Source: Shigella phage ESh19. Taken from it: DNA of 64,000 nucleotides. The notes beneath the pieces are model-generated. The model was not told where the DNA came from, searched no databases, and worked only from the letters and a program-made list of their open reading frames with translations. Of this stretch, positions 35,893-45,698 are shown piece after piece. The first letter of the stretch is position 1. The number at the start of each line of letters is the position of its first letter. Location of the stretch: sequence record ON528729; one strand, 5' to 3'. The position numbers were made by a program, and so were the translations under genes.

Positions 35893-36093
35893 ATGACTAT
35901 TTCAGAAATTGAAGTTCAACTGCAATGTGCTGGATATTCTCAAAGTGAGATTGAGGCTATGTGCATCATCATTTGCAGTAGCCATAAGCACCTCAAGCTT
36001 TCTAATGAAAATCTTAGCAAGGTTGATATTTTTATTGCTGGAGGTAAGATTATCAAGGATAAGACAGGATACCTTAAAGGTGAACGTCTATGA
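35893..36093 (+). CDS. hypothetical protein (66 aa)
   Basis: ORF with AGGAGA SD. Confidence 0.45.
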   Translation: MTISEIEVQLQCAGYSQSEIEAMCIIICSSHKHLKLSNENLSKVDIFIAGGKIIKDKTGYLKGERL

Positions 36094-36299
36094 GCCATCG
36101 TGGAAGAACTCATCTCGCTATGATGCAAGGTGCTTCAAAAGAGACTATCAAGAATCGGAAGAAAACTCTTTTTGACAGAATGAATAGACTCATTGATAAT
36201 GCGAGCCTACCTAACTCTGAAAAGGTTTTCTTGAAAGGGAATCTGAAGAGTATTGCACAGGAACTTATTGACATTGAATTTTGGAGACACCAAAAATGA
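36090..36299 (+). CDS. hypothetical protein (69 aa)
   Basis: ORF, ATGA-coupled. Confidence 0.45.
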   Translation: MSHRGRTHLAMMQGASKETIKNRKKTLFDRMNRLIDNASLPNSEKVFLKGNLKSIAQELIDIEFWRHQK

Positions 36300-36547
36300 G
36301 CAATAAAGAGCAAGAAGCTTTAGCAATCTTCAAGAGCGAAGACAAATCAATAGCTTTTGTCTCAGAGGCTTGGTGCAGGGATTTGGGGTATGATTGGTAT
36401 ATCTTCTTATGCGCTAAGAAAGATGTTAAACCAGTTGATGAAACCCGATTCAAAGAACTGTATACTATCTGCCAAGAGGGTTATGAAGAACATTACGAAG
36501 GTTCTTTGAATCCTGTAAATTCAAAAGCTTCAGATTTATTTTATTGA
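36296..36547 (+). CDS. hypothetical protein (83 aa from ATG 36296)
   Basis: ATGA overlap with upstream stop. Confidence 0.4.
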   Translation: MSNKEQEALAIFKSEDKSIAFVSEAWCRDLGYDWYIFLCAKKDVKPVDETRFKELYTICQEGYEEHYEGSLNPVNSKASDLFY

Positions 36548-36557
36548 GAGGTTTAAA

Positions 36558-36803
36558 ATGTTAAAATTATTGATACCAGCTTTAGCAGTCCTACTGGTTG
36601 GGTGTAACCCTTCTTATGAGAATAAGGATGCTTCTTACAGACTTCCTCCAGAAATGCAAGACTGCAAGATTTATAAGCTTAATGGTGATGCCATTAGCAG
36701 GGATGTTATTGTAGTTCGCTGCCCAAATTCTCAGACGACAACTTCTTACAAGTATGGGAAGAATAGTCAGTCACACGCCACAGTTTTTGATGAGGGATAT
36801 TGA
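36558..36803 (+). CDS. putative lipoprotein (81 aa)
   Basis: signal MLKLLIPALAVLLVGC with lipobox. Confidence 0.5.
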   Translation: MLKLLIPALAVLLVGCNPSYENKDASYRLPPEMQDCKIYKLNGDAISRDVIVVRCPNSQTTTSYKYGKNSQSHATVFDEGY

Positions 36804-36804
36804 T

Positions 36805-37011
36805 ATGCAGGTTCTGGTAAACTTTATCTATAAGTATGAAAACATCTTCAGCACTATGACTGTAGCTCAACGCAATCCAGTTATTCCCCGAGAAGGGGAG
36901 ACTGTTGAGATTAATGATTGGAACTACAGAGTTGAAGAGGTCAAGCATAAACTTAAAGATGGTTATGACCACCAAGTTGTAAATGTGTATTTAAAAGGTA
37001 AGTGGCAATGA
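36805..37011 (+). CDS. hypothetical protein (68 aa from ATG 36805)
   Basis: SD GAGGGA 7 nt upstream. Confidence 0.4.
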   Translation: MQVLVNFIYKYENIFSTMTVAQRNPVIPREGETVEINDWNYRVEEVKHKLKDGYDHQVVNVYLKGKWQ

Positions 37012-37250
37012 GTAGAGAAGACCAGTTAATTGATATGCAAAATGACAAAAATGAGGCAATATCCATAATCCCAATATTGTGGGGGCATGACTGCACATAT
37101 GGTAACTATCTGTGTGTTTGTGAAGACCGAAACATTGAACCCGTAAGCCGTGATGAGTATCAAAAACACTTAAAGGCTCTTGACAATTACTTCACAGATA
37201 ATAAATGCTCTCAGATTTCAAGTGAGGTCTTGCATGAAGATTTTTATTAA
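37008..37250 (+). CDS. hypothetical protein (80 aa from ATG 37008)
   Basis: ATGA overlap with upstream stop; track start is GTG. Confidence 0.4.
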   Translation: MSREDQLIDMQNDKNEAISIIPILWGHDCTYGNYLCVCEDRNIEPVSRDEYQKHLKALDNYFTDNKCSQISSEVLHEDFY

Positions 37251-37331
37251 AGTTATTGATGAAGATTTTGGAGGGTGCTCTTGGCACTCATTTTTCACAA
37301 AAGGTTGTCTAGCTTGTGAGGCACGTAATAA

Positions 37332-38432
37332 ATGACAATTCTGTACAAACAAAACAAAGATGGTTCTTTCAACGTCTGGTCATGTGTTGCTGTAGGTGAT
37401 AAAGTCGTCACAACTTATGGTAAAGAAAATGGCAAGATGATGTTTGAAGAGTACACAGCAGAACCTAAGAACATCGGTAAAAAGAATGAGCGTAATGCTG
37501 AACAGCAAGCTCTCTTTGAAGTTGCTGCTAAGTACAAGAAGCAGGTTGACCGTAAAGGATATGCTTACACAAAATCTGAAGCAGAGAATGTTGAGAAGGT
37601 TGGTGTACAGCTTGCTCAGGATGCTTCCAAGATAAGTCACAAGAAGTATCTGGTATTCCCTGCCGATGCTCAACCTAAACTTGATGGTGTTCGTTGCAGG
37701 ATTTCAAGAGATGCTGACTCAGAAAGTTTTACGGCATATTCTCGTGAGAACACGGTATACAACATTCCTGTAGAGTTGATTCCTGATGTTCTTCTTATGC
37801 TGAAACTGCACAAAGATGTTGAGGATTTCGACGGGGAGATTTATGCTCATGGTTGGGACTTGGAAGATATTGTATCTATGATTAAGAATGCTGACAATCC
37901 AGACCGTCACCTTCTTAAATTCTACTGGTATGATATCTGTGACAAGACTAAATCTTGGCCTGAGCGTCGTGAAGTTATTGATAATTCACCAATCGTTGAA
38001 CTCGGTGATGCTTGCAGGGTTGTACCTGTTCAGACAATCCGTGTTAACTCTTGGGAAGAATTTGATAATGCTCATGACAACTGGGTTAAACTCAAGTTTG
38101 AAGGGGCAATGTATCGGTCAATCTCACCAGATTCGTTCTATGAGTGTGGTCATCGCTCTTACTTCCTGATTAAGCACAAGAAGATGCACACACAGGAATT
38201 TAAAGTAACTGGTGTAAAGACTGATAAACGTGGTCATGGTAAGTTCGTTGTAGAGACTCTTCCTAACGTCTTTGTAGATGTTTCATGGAAAACTACACAC
38301 GAGAAGAAAAAGTATCTTGCTGAACATCCTGAAGAGTTTATCGGGAAGCCTTTAACGGTTCAGTTCCAGAAGATGACTCGTAAGGGTTCTTTACAGTTCC
38401 CTGTTGGGCTAGTAATTCGAGATTATGAATAG
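37332..38432 (+). CDS. ATP-dependent DNA ligase
   Basis: adenylation motif I PKLDGVRCR (KxDG); 366 aa. Confidence 0.8.
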   Translation: MTILYKQNKDGSFNVWSCVAVGDKVVTTYGKENGKMMFEEYTAEPKNIGKKNERNAEQQALFEVAAKYKKQVDRKGYAYTKSEAENVEKVGVQLAQDASKISHKKYLVFPADAQPKLDGVRCRISRDADSESFTAYSRENTVYNIPVELIPDVLLMLKLHKDVEDFDGEIYAHGWDLEDIVSMIKNADNPDRHLLKFYWYDICDKTKSWPERREVIDNSPIVELGDACRVVPVQTIRVNSWEEFDNAHDNWVKLKFEGAMYRSISPDSFYECGHRSYFLIKHKKMHTQEFKVTGVKTDKRGHGKFVVETLPNVFVDVSWKTTHEKKKYLAEHPEEFIGKPLTVQFQKMTRKGSLQFPVGLVIRDYE

Positions 38433-38440
38433 AGGTTAGT

Positions 38441-38590
38441 ATGTTTAGCACAATTATCCTGTTTGTTTTTGTTGTTTTATCATTATCTTACTTCATAAGT
38501 AAACTTTTAAGCATAACATACAAAGCAGCCTTAGCCCTTACTCTGTTGTCATTTGCAGTAAATGCAGCAGTTAGAATGTATTTAGTATAA
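38441..38590 (+). CDS. possible small membrane protein (49 aa; below ORF-track cutoff)
   Basis: hand-translated MFSTIILFVFVVLSLSYFISKLLSITYKAALALTLLSFAVNAAVRMYLV; SD GAGG 6 nt upstream. Confidence 0.3.
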   Translation: MFSTIILFVFVVLSLSYFISKLLSITYKAALALTLLSFAVNAAVRMYLV

Positions 38591-38595
38591 AATTG

Positions 38596-38656
38596 TTGAC
38601 ATGAGTAACCTGACGGGTATACTACCTATATAGAAAATTATATAGGAACCCGTCAG
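38596..38656 (+). promoter_or_regulatory. sigma70-type promoter with nested inverted repeats (operator-like)
   Basis: TTGACA(38596-38601)-N16-TATACT(38618-38623); outer IR CTGACGGGT/ACCCGTCAG (38610-38618, 38648-38656), inner palindrome CCTATATA/TATATAGG. Confidence 0.5.
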
Positions 38657-38673
38657 AAACCTCGGAGGTGTTT

Positions 38674-39054
38674 ATGAAAAAGTTACTTGTTGGTGTCATT
38701 GCTATTGGTATGAGTTTTAGTGCAGCAGCTATGAAGATGCCTGAAGCAAACTTTAATGGTGTTGCTTTAGAATCTTGTAAGATTGTACAGAAAATCGCTT
38801 CAAATGCTGGAGAGTTGACTAAACCGTTGTCTGCTCAGACTGTTCAAGAAATGACTGATAAGATGGTTGACTACAACTACCATTTTATGGGAGATTACTA
38901 TGACAGATTAGCAGATGAGATGGTCACTCAGAACGTTGACCTTCTTGATAGCAAAGGTATTGAGACTGTAGAAGATGTGAAAGACAACTTTATGCGTGAG
39001 TCTTTCAAAGGTGTTCAATACTTTATTGAAAATCGTCACTGCATGGGTTTATAA
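38674..39054 (+). CDS. secreted protein of unknown function (126 aa)
   Basis: signal peptide MKKLLVGVIAIGMSFSAAA; start at ATG 38674 after GGAGG (track start is GTG). Confidence 0.55.
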   Translation: MKKLLVGVIAIGMSFSAAAMKMPEANFNGVALESCKIVQKIASNAGELTKPLSAQTVQEMTDKMVDYNYHFMGDYYDRLADEMVTQNVDLLDSKGIETVEDVKDNFMRESFKGVQYFIENRHCMGL

Positions 39055-39056
39055 TC

Positions 39057-39260
39057 ATGAAGAAGAACATCTGTAGAACAGACTATGGTGAAGTGGTCGA
39101 TGATGACGGAGTAGTTATTTACAGAGTTTGGGCTAATGATTTTGCAACCGTTGTAGAGTCTTTAGATAACTACATCAATGGGACTCGTGAAAACGTCAGA
39201 GCAACTAATCTTGATTCGTTAATAGACACTTCTCGAAAACGGAGAAAGAAAGATGAATGA
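39057..39260 (+). CDS. hypothetical protein (67 aa)
   Basis: ORF. Confidence 0.4.
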   Translation: MKKNICRTDYGEVVDDDGVVIYRVWANDFATVVESLDNYINGTRENVRATNLDSLIDTSRKRRKKDE

Positions 39261-39552
39261 AGTCTTTGACCCATATGCACCTCAAGATTCTTGGGAGGCT
39301 GATAGAGAGGCTGAAATGGAGAGTTATGTCTGTCCAATGGATATAGAAGAGATGAAAGACTTTGTATCTTTCAGATTCTCTAAAGAGATTGAGAAGCTAA
39401 AACTTTCTCAGGCTCAAGTAGCAACTGTTTGTGAAATCTCACAGAGTCGTGTGTCAAATATCATTAACGACCCTCAAAAGATTTCTTTAGAGTACATGCT
39501 TAATGCTTGTACAAAACTTGGTGTAAATTTTAACTTAAGGCTGGCAGATTAA
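39253..39552 (+). CDS. putative HTH DNA-binding protein (99 aa)
   Basis: LSQAQVATVCEISQSRVSNIIN resembles XRE-type helix-turn-helix. Confidence 0.4.
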   Translation: MNEVFDPYAPQDSWEADREAEMESYVCPMDIEEMKDFVSFRFSKEIEKLKLSQAQVATVCEISQSRVSNIINDPQKISLEYMLNACTKLGVNFNLRLAD

Positions 39553-39553
39553 T

Positions 39554-39913
39554 ATGAAACGTGAAAATGCAATCTTTAACGATAACTTTGCAATTGGCTT
39601 CTATGGTAAACCAACTCCAGCAGAGAAACTTTATGGTAATGCAATTCTGGAGACCTTGAAAGAGGTTTACACAACTGGTGGTATGAAGCATACTGAAGCA
39701 AACCGTGTAAGAGGTTATATGGCAATTGGCTCTGCAATCTCTAACATCAAACTTGAAACTACAAGTGCTAAAAAGGTGCGAGACCACTTCATCAAAGAGT
39801 TGTCAGAGAACCTAGATGGTGTTGAAGTCAAGGCTGTCTGGTTAGATGTTGATGGTCACAACTACACAACTTTTGTGTTTAAAAATGAGGATATCAAATG
39901 TCTCTTCCCTTAA
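39554..39913 (+). CDS. hypothetical protein (119 aa)
   Basis: ORF. Confidence 0.45.
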   Translation: MKRENAIFNDNFAIGFYGKPTPAEKLYGNAILETLKEVYTTGGMKHTEANRVRGYMAIGSAISNIKLETTSAKKVRDHFIKELSENLDGVEVKAVWLDVDGHNYTTFVFKNEDIKCLFP

Positions 39914-40401
39914 AACTTGATTTATACTTTGGTTACAGTGTATTACAGGGTAGCATACTTTCACTACCAAAGTCAGATTACCGTTGTGATTTAGGTTCTG
40001 TGAAACGTGCATCACACTTCAATAACAACATTTTAGGCTTGCAGACACTTCACAGGTGGCTTGAGGAAGATGGACGGTTGAATGAGTATCTTCACCAACT
40101 CGAACTAGCCAAAGAAGAAGGTCATATGGGCTATGAGATGCTTCCACATCTTTACAAACCTGTAAGCCCAAATGAGATTCGTTGGAATGAGCAAGCTGTT
40201 GAGAGCTATAATAAATTTAATATAACTATTGGCTCCAGAGCTTGGAAGGAGTATATGAAACTCCGTGAAATCATCATACAGACTATTGGAAAGCGTGTAG
40301 CAAAAGGTCTTGTTTATGATGAAAAGGTTGACTGGAATACACAAAAGTGTATAAAATTCTTCAAGTACGATAATGACAAGGATACTTTTGTAGAGGTTTA
40401 A
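39898..40401 (+). CDS. hypothetical protein (167 aa)
   Basis: ORF with GAGGA SD. Confidence 0.45.
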   Translation: MSLPLKLDLYFGYSVLQGSILSLPKSDYRCDLGSVKRASHFNNNILGLQTLHRWLEEDGRLNEYLHQLELAKEEGHMGYEMLPHLYKPVSPNEIRWNEQAVESYNKFNITIGSRAWKEYMKLREIIIQTIGKRVAKGLVYDEKVDWNTQKCIKFFKYDNDKDTFVEV

Positions 40402-40402
40402 C

Positions 40403-40918
40403 ATGAAAATTGGAATTACCCTTTGCCAGCCTGAAGCAGAGTTCTTGAAATCAATGTTGTCTGAGCATATGAAAGCTACAAATCATACTGAGAAGGCATT
40501 CTTGATTGATACCAACTATGATGCAGGAACTATTGAGTTCATCGATGAAGACACTGCTGACTCTCTGTGTGTTCTCCCTGCTCATCTGTTCACTCCAGAA
40601 TTACGTGATAGTCGCTCTATTGAAGTTAATATGGAGCCAAGTATTGAACTGTACTCAGATACACAGTATCCAAGAAGTTTTAAAGCATTGCTAAACATCT
40701 TCATAGCTGATATTGTAGAAATTGTTAAACAAACTGAAGGTGGTCATGTAGTGACTGCTGAGTACGAACAAGGTACTATTAAGTTGACAGGTGATTTTGG
40801 TTCTATGAGTTTCTTAGACTTTGTTCCAAAACACTTCGAAGATTTCTTGTCAAGTGAAGTTGATGACCTTGACTTCATACTCAAATTTGAACGCACTTTT
40901 AAGGTAAACAAAAAATGA
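40403..40918 (+). CDS. hypothetical acidic protein (171 aa)
   Basis: ORF with AGAGG SD. Confidence 0.45.
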   Translation: MKIGITLCQPEAEFLKSMLSEHMKATNHTEKAFLIDTNYDAGTIEFIDEDTADSLCVLPAHLFTPELRDSRSIEVNMEPSIELYSDTQYPRSFKALLNIFIADIVEIVKQTEGGHVVTAEYEQGTIKLTGDFGSMSFLDFVPKHFEDFLSSEVDDLDFILKFERTFKVNKK

Positions 40919-41187
40919 AAATCTTAAGCGGAGTATCACAGTGTTACATGAATGATGGTGAGCCAGTTAAATGCTGCCATTGTGGAGGTGAGAACTTCCA
41001 AGGTGAAGTTTCAGAGATTGTCTCTGGCAATATCGCTGAAGAGTACACCCGTTGCTGTGGATGTGGAAAGATTTTATCTTTTTGGGCTTATGGAAGTTAT
41101 GAACCACAACCTCACCTTATTTACCATCCAAACAGGATTGTGAAGCGTGTTCTGAATTGGTTCATTATCAAAGGATTTACAAAATGA
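40915..41187 (+). CDS. zinc-ribbon protein (90 aa)
   Basis: CCHCGG ... CCGCGK. Confidence 0.45.
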   Translation: MKILSGVSQCYMNDGEPVKCCHCGGENFQGEVSEIVSGNIAEEYTRCCGCGKILSFWAYGSYEPQPHLIYHPNRIVKRVLNWFIIKGFTK

Positions 41188-41729
41188 TTAAGTTAATTTT
41201 TGCAAGTGGTATTAACGGGGAGTTTGGCACAGCTACTGGAATGCCTTGGCCTCGTAATAAACAAGATATGGCAGAGTTTAAGAAGCAGACTATTAACCAG
41301 TTAGTCTTGATGGGTAGCGAAACTTGGAAGACTCTTGGGAGCAAGCCTTTGCCAAACCGTGATAATATTGTCTTGACAAACTCTCTTGACTTTTATGGTC
41401 TGGATTTTAAAGATGACTCTCATTGTAAAGCAAGAGTTAAGCCTGAAGCTTTTGGGGCTTTCCTGAAGTATATTGATAGTTCTATTGATGAAGATGTTTT
41501 AGTAATCGGTGGAGCCAATATCTTAATCTCAGCTTTGCCGTATGCTGACGTAGTTTTCCACAGTGTTATTAAGGAAGTTACTGAAGAGGCTACTGTCAAG
41601 CTACCTTATGAGGGTTTCTTCCAGTACTTGTATGACACAGAGTTATTTGCTAAAGTACAGTCCAAACCTTCAGAAGATAAGTCTGTGGTTTTTGATACCT
41701 ATGTTCCACAAGTAAGAGGACGTTTCTAA
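41184..41729 (+). CDS. dihydrofolate reductase
   Basis: GMPWP, LVLMGSETWKTLG, PNRDNIVLT, VIGGANIL; start set to ATG 41184 (ATGA overlap). Confidence 0.8.
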   Translation: MIKLIFASGINGEFGTATGMPWPRNKQDMAEFKKQTINQLVLMGSETWKTLGSKPLPNRDNIVLTNSLDFYGLDFKDDSHCKARVKPEAFGAFLKYIDSSIDEDVLVIGGANILISALPYADVVFHSVIKEVTEEATVKLPYEGFFQYLYDTELFAKVQSKPSEDKSVVFDTYVPQVRGRF

Positions 41730-41730
41730 T

Positions 41731-42630
41731 ATGTCACAAGCAGATGTAAGCTACAAAGCTATTTTAAACCACGTTTTATCAGTTGGTGAGTTGCGTAATA
41801 CCCGAACTGGCTCAGTGATTTCAACATTTGCTCCACCTGAGTTTCGTTTTGATATGCGTAGTGGATTTCCATTAATCACCTCAAAACAAACATTTATGCG
41901 TCAAGTTCTCGGTGAAGCATTATGGTTTATGAACGGAGAAAATCAACTAGGGCATTTGCGTTACAGAACTTGGGGAGAGAACGACGGAGAGCGTTGGACT
42001 ATCTGGACAGATGATTTTAAACGTTGGTTGAAAACAACCTATGCTACAGAGAATGATTGGCTGGAGGACGCTGGAGGAAGAATCTACGGAGTCCAATGGA
42101 GAGCCTACGAAGGTCATGGTGGCGTTGTTGTAGACCAGTTGAGTAATCTTGTAGAGAAGATGAGAAAGTCTCCTACAGACCGTTACATGCTCGTTAACGC
42201 ATGGAATGCAGCAGATATCTCAAGTAACTCTATGGCATTAGCACCTTGTCATGTACTTTTTCAGATTTATATCTCGAACACTAATGAGGTTGATTTGAAA
42301 TGGTATCAGCGCTCTTGTGATACATTCTTAGGGTTACCGTTTAACATTGCTTCCTATGCCTTTATCTTGGAAGTGTTGTGTAAACTGACGGGATATACAC
42401 CGCGATATCTGATAGGGACTTACGGTGATACTCAAATCTATCAGAACCATATGTCGCAGGTTTTTCAGCTTCTTGGCAATGAAGAGTTTCCAGCACCTAA
42501 GTTTGAAATTCATCAAGATTTGAAGTCTCTTGAAGACTTGAGACATATGACAGCAGATGACTTCCTAGGTGGGTTGAAAGGGTATAAACATGCTGGTAAG
42601 ATTGAAGCTCCCTTGTCAGTAGGTAAGTAG
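41731..42630 (+). CDS. thyA: thymidylate synthase
   Basis: LAPCHVLFQIY, YQRSCDTFLGLPFNIASYA active-site blocks. Confidence 0.9.
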   Translation: MSQADVSYKAILNHVLSVGELRNTRTGSVISTFAPPEFRFDMRSGFPLITSKQTFMRQVLGEALWFMNGENQLGHLRYRTWGENDGERWTIWTDDFKRWLKTTYATENDWLEDAGGRIYGVQWRAYEGHGGVVVDQLSNLVEKMRKSPTDRYMLVNAWNAADISSNSMALAPCHVLFQIYISNTNEVDLKWYQRSCDTFLGLPFNIASYAFILEVLCKLTGYTPRYLIGTYGDTQIYQNHMSQVFQLLGNEEFPAPKFEIHQDLKSLEDLRHMTADDFLGGLKGYKHAGKIEAPLSVGK

Positions 42631-42641
42631 ATACAAAAAAA

Positions 42642-42661
42642 GGCTCCTTTTTACGGGAGCC
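42642..42661. terminator. bidirectional terminator at convergence of plus and minus operons
   Basis: GGCTCC-TTTTTAC-GGGAGCC flanked by A7 upstream and T-rich downstream. Confidence 0.6.
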
Positions 42662-42667
42662 TTAGCA

Positions 42668-43042
42668 TTATTTCTTTTTAGCATTCTGTGTATTTTGTTC
42701 GGTAATTGCTTGTAAAGCTGATACAGACTGTGCTAAGTTGTTCACACTATCTGAGAATTTATCAAGGGTTTTGGTCAACTTAGCGTTCTCCCCTTTAACG
42801 TTCTCTAACTGCACTTTCTGGTTTTCCATCCCTAACTGAAGGAGTTTCATATCAGACTGTAAATCACGAATAGCTGAATAGTTACCTTTTGAGTAACCAT
42901 CCAACTGTTGTAACTTTGTGTTGATAGAAACTTCTTGCTTTCCATCAGAGACCTGCATCGTAGTGTACATACCAATTACACTGAAAATACCTACAACGAT
43001 TGCACCAATATTATTCTTAAAAGCATCTTCAAGCCACTTCAT
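42668..43042 (-). CDS. membrane protein, N-terminal TM + coiled coil (124 aa)
   Basis: TM IGAIVVGIFSVIGMYTT then heptad-rich region. Confidence 0.5.
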   Translation of the reverse strand: MKWLEDAFKNNIGAIVVGIFSVIGMYTTMQVSDGKQEVSINTKLQQLDGYSKGNYSAIRDLQSDMKLLQLGMENQKVQLENVKGENAKLTKTLDKFSDSVNNLAQSVSALQAITEQNTQNAKKK

Positions 43043-43236
43043 TATTTCTCACCTTTAAAAGCCTTTTCCAAGGTATCTACAAATTCATCATCAATAGGTG
43101 TATCTGTTTTACTCGCAAGGTATCTTGCAAGCTTAAAGAACACTTTTTCAATCATGTATTCACTGAGAAGAGAAAAAAGAAGCTTCCAAAAGAATGCCCC
43201 AAGGTTTTTCATGAAGATTGCTAGAATGGTTGGCAT
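43042..43236 (-). CDS. small membrane-associated protein (64 aa)
   Basis: hydrophobic N-terminus ILAIFMKNLGAFFWKLLFSLL. Confidence 0.45.
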   Translation of the reverse strand: MPTILAIFMKNLGAFFWKLLFSLLSEYMIEKVFFKLARYLASKTDTPIDDEFVDTLEKAFKGEK

Positions 43237-43322
43237 TTAATCACCTTACTTCTTGAGCCAAGATGGTGAGAATACCTACTAAGAAATATTAACACCATCT
43301 TGACAGTTAGTCAACAAGGTAA

Positions 43323-45698
43323 TTATGCAGTTCTTACCCAAGCCATTAATTTAATGTAAGTGTTAAGAACACTGAATGCTGCACCAGAACCAGTTGCACC
43401 AGTGTTACCACTGAATGTGTGGTTGTGAGCACCAATACCTACACCGTGACCGTGAGCACCTACCCAACTTGTTCTCCCTGTCCAAGTTCTGGAAGCATAG
43501 AAGTTAACTGGCGCACCATAAGTGAAGTGAGAACCTGTCCAGCTATGCCCACCTTGGCTACCACTCATTGCAAAAGCACCGTCTGCAACGTAGAACGAGT
43601 TATTATCACTTCTAAACCATCCAAAGTTACCAGAGATTTCCATATTACCTCTGTCATGGTCGTGAGCACCTTGAGCGTCTGTGTACTTAGTGCCATAATC
43701 AAATGTACTTGTTGTTCCAGAGAAGCTATGAGTGTGCGCAGGAATATGACCAACACTTAGAGCCACCGTATCAGAACCACCAAGACCTTTCACATCGGAA
43801 CCATTTGCAGAACCAATTCTAATAGTTCTGTTTGCACCCTCTGTCAAGTAAGTCCAAGTAGTGCCTGGGAAAGCTGTATTTGGGTTGACATTAGAAGCAA
43901 AGAACGTCACAATACCAACTGGATACACTTTTTTAAGGTCTGTAGCATCAGTTACAGCGGAAGCAATACGTTGGTCTACTTCAGCCTTGGTGTAAGCACC
44001 AAGTTCAGAGGGTGTAGGTTTGTCTTGGTCTGTGTAGATTTTAGCCCAAACCTCTTCAAAACCAAATCCATCCCTTGCTGTTCTATAATAGATTCCAGTA
44101 TTCTTGTAGTTAAATTTAAACTGTGCAGTCGGTGTAGATGCACCAACTCCAAGGTACATTTGGTAAACTAAGTGAGTAGACCCACCAGTTGAATTTGTAA
44201 CACTGTACAAACCTGTTTTTGAATTCCAAGCAATACCTGTTGCATCACCAACTTCTGTTCCCGTTCCAGATACACCAGACAACATATATCTTGAGTTTGA
44301 AGCAGATTGTGTGTAGTATCTTGAGTCAAAGTTTGACCAATCGCTTGGTCTTACTTGTCCAACAATATTCACATGTGTATTCACATCTAAATCAGTACCA
44401 ATATTGATTGCCTTTCCTGTTACATCATTGTTAAGTACCACATTGTTTTGACCAGCATCACCAATACCCAACCACCATCTCCTGCTCCCATTAGCATTAT
44501 GTGCAGACATGTAGATTCCAGAGTCTTGTACTGTTGCCTGTAGTCTAAAAGGATTGTCGCTGTCAGTATTGATAGTCTGTGGACTAGTAAAAACGTTTGC
44601 AGCATTAGTTCTTGCAAGAACATTCGTTAAAGAGCTTGGAACGTATCTTGTATCAAAGTTTGCAAAGTCACTTGGTTTTACCTGACCAGTTACATTGATA
44701 GCTTTATTAAATGAAAACTCTGTAGCAATTTTCAAGTTAACATTTGTCATCTGATTTGCTAAAACAATCTCAGACTGCGTACCATCTGGTTGACCTACAT
44801 ACCAAGTTCCTGTCCCAGCACTGTTATAACCACGCATAAATAATGCAGCATTCTCTGTAACCGCTCTTAAGTTAAGTGCATTACTATCTGCAATAACATA
44901 AGTCTTACCATTGAAGTTGTTAACCCCAACAAAGTTATTACTTGCATTAAGTTTTGCAAATCTCTGGTCAGCAGCAGTCTGTGTAAAGAATCTTGCATCA
45001 AGGTTATTCCAGTTATTAGGCTGAACCTGTCCATTGATTTCAAAATTCTTATCAACACTAACAGAGTTTGTGCCAAGAGTCAACGTAGCACCCTTACTAT
45101 TAACTAATGTAACATCAGTACCAGAAGTCAAGTTACCAACTGTGAATCTCAAAGCATTATTTGAATCCCTTGCTTCAATATATGCTCCACCATCTGGTAA
45201 GATACTTTTAAGTGTTAAACCAACACCGTTGATATTAATGATTTGTCTTGCCAAGAAGGTATTTTCAGTTTCCTTCATAGCGTATCTTGCATCATTTTCA
45301 GTATTAGTTCTCATACCTAATTCATTAGGAGATGGTTTATTAAGTGTGTGATAAACTGTTGCAGACCTTGTGGCATCATTTACAGTTAATCTTAAAGCAC
45401 TTGCATTAATTCTAAAGGTCTTGGCAGTGTCACCGAGAATAACCTCAGAAGAACCTGTTGGGTCTAATAAGTCTTTTCCACCGTATCTTAATTTGACGAT
45501 GCCAAGATTCCCTGTCATATCCCCACCAGTTAGTTGTAAGAATCTTTCTAGTTTGAAAGAGGCAAGGAAATTTGCATAGGTCATTTTACGGTCTTCATCA
45601 CCTAGCATATCAGACCTTTTGATAATTCTTAGGTGAAGTAAATCTTCTGAGCGAACTGTATCAATACTGTTTAGCTCACTTAGCTTATATTCAGCCAT
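43323..45698 (-). CDS. tail fibre protein (long), His-rich C-terminal domain
   Basis: GGDMTG fibre motif, three internal ~35 aa repeats (VQPNNWNNLDARF / VKPSDFANFDTRY / VRPSDWSNFDSRY), C-terminal HxH repeats ending AWVRTA. Confidence 0.7.
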   Translation of the reverse strand: MAEYKLSELNSIDTVRSEDLLHLRIIKRSDMLGDEDRKMTYANFLASFKLERFLQLTGGDMTGNLGIVKLRYGGKDLLDPTGSSEVILGDTAKTFRINASALRLTVNDATRSATVYHTLNKPSPNELGMRTNTENDARYAMKETENTFLARQIININGVGLTLKSILPDGGAYIEARDSNNALRFTVGNLTSGTDVTLVNSKGATLTLGTNSVSVDKNFEINGQVQPNNWNNLDARFFTQTAADQRFAKLNASNNFVGVNNFNGKTYVIADSNALNLRAVTENAALFMRGYNSAGTGTWYVGQPDGTQSEIVLANQMTNVNLKIATEFSFNKAINVTGQVKPSDFANFDTRYVPSSLTNVLARTNAANVFTSPQTINTDSDNPFRLQATVQDSGIYMSAHNANGSRRWWLGIGDAGQNNVVLNNDVTGKAINIGTDLDVNTHVNIVGQVRPSDWSNFDSRYYTQSASNSRYMLSGVSGTGTEVGDATGIAWNSKTGLYSVTNSTGGSTHLVYQMYLGVGASTPTAQFKFNYKNTGIYYRTARDGFGFEEVWAKIYTDQDKPTPSELGAYTKAEVDQRIASAVTDATDLKKVYPVGIVTFFASNVNPNTAFPGTTWTYLTEGANRTIRIGSANGSDVKGLGGSDTVALSVGHIPAHTHSFSGTTSTFDYGTKYTDAQGAHDHDRGNMEISGNFGWFRSDNNSFYVADGAFAMSGSQGGHSWTGSHFTYGAPVNFYASRTWTGRTSWVGAHGHGVGIGAHNHTFSGNTGATGSGAAFSVLNTYIKLMAWVRTA

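Noticed and set aside
41731-42630. Group I intron or intein in thymidylate synthase, nrdA, nrdD or DNA polymerase
   Set aside because: All four reading frames are continuous and of normal length with conserved blocks in order; no insertion-sized interruptions.
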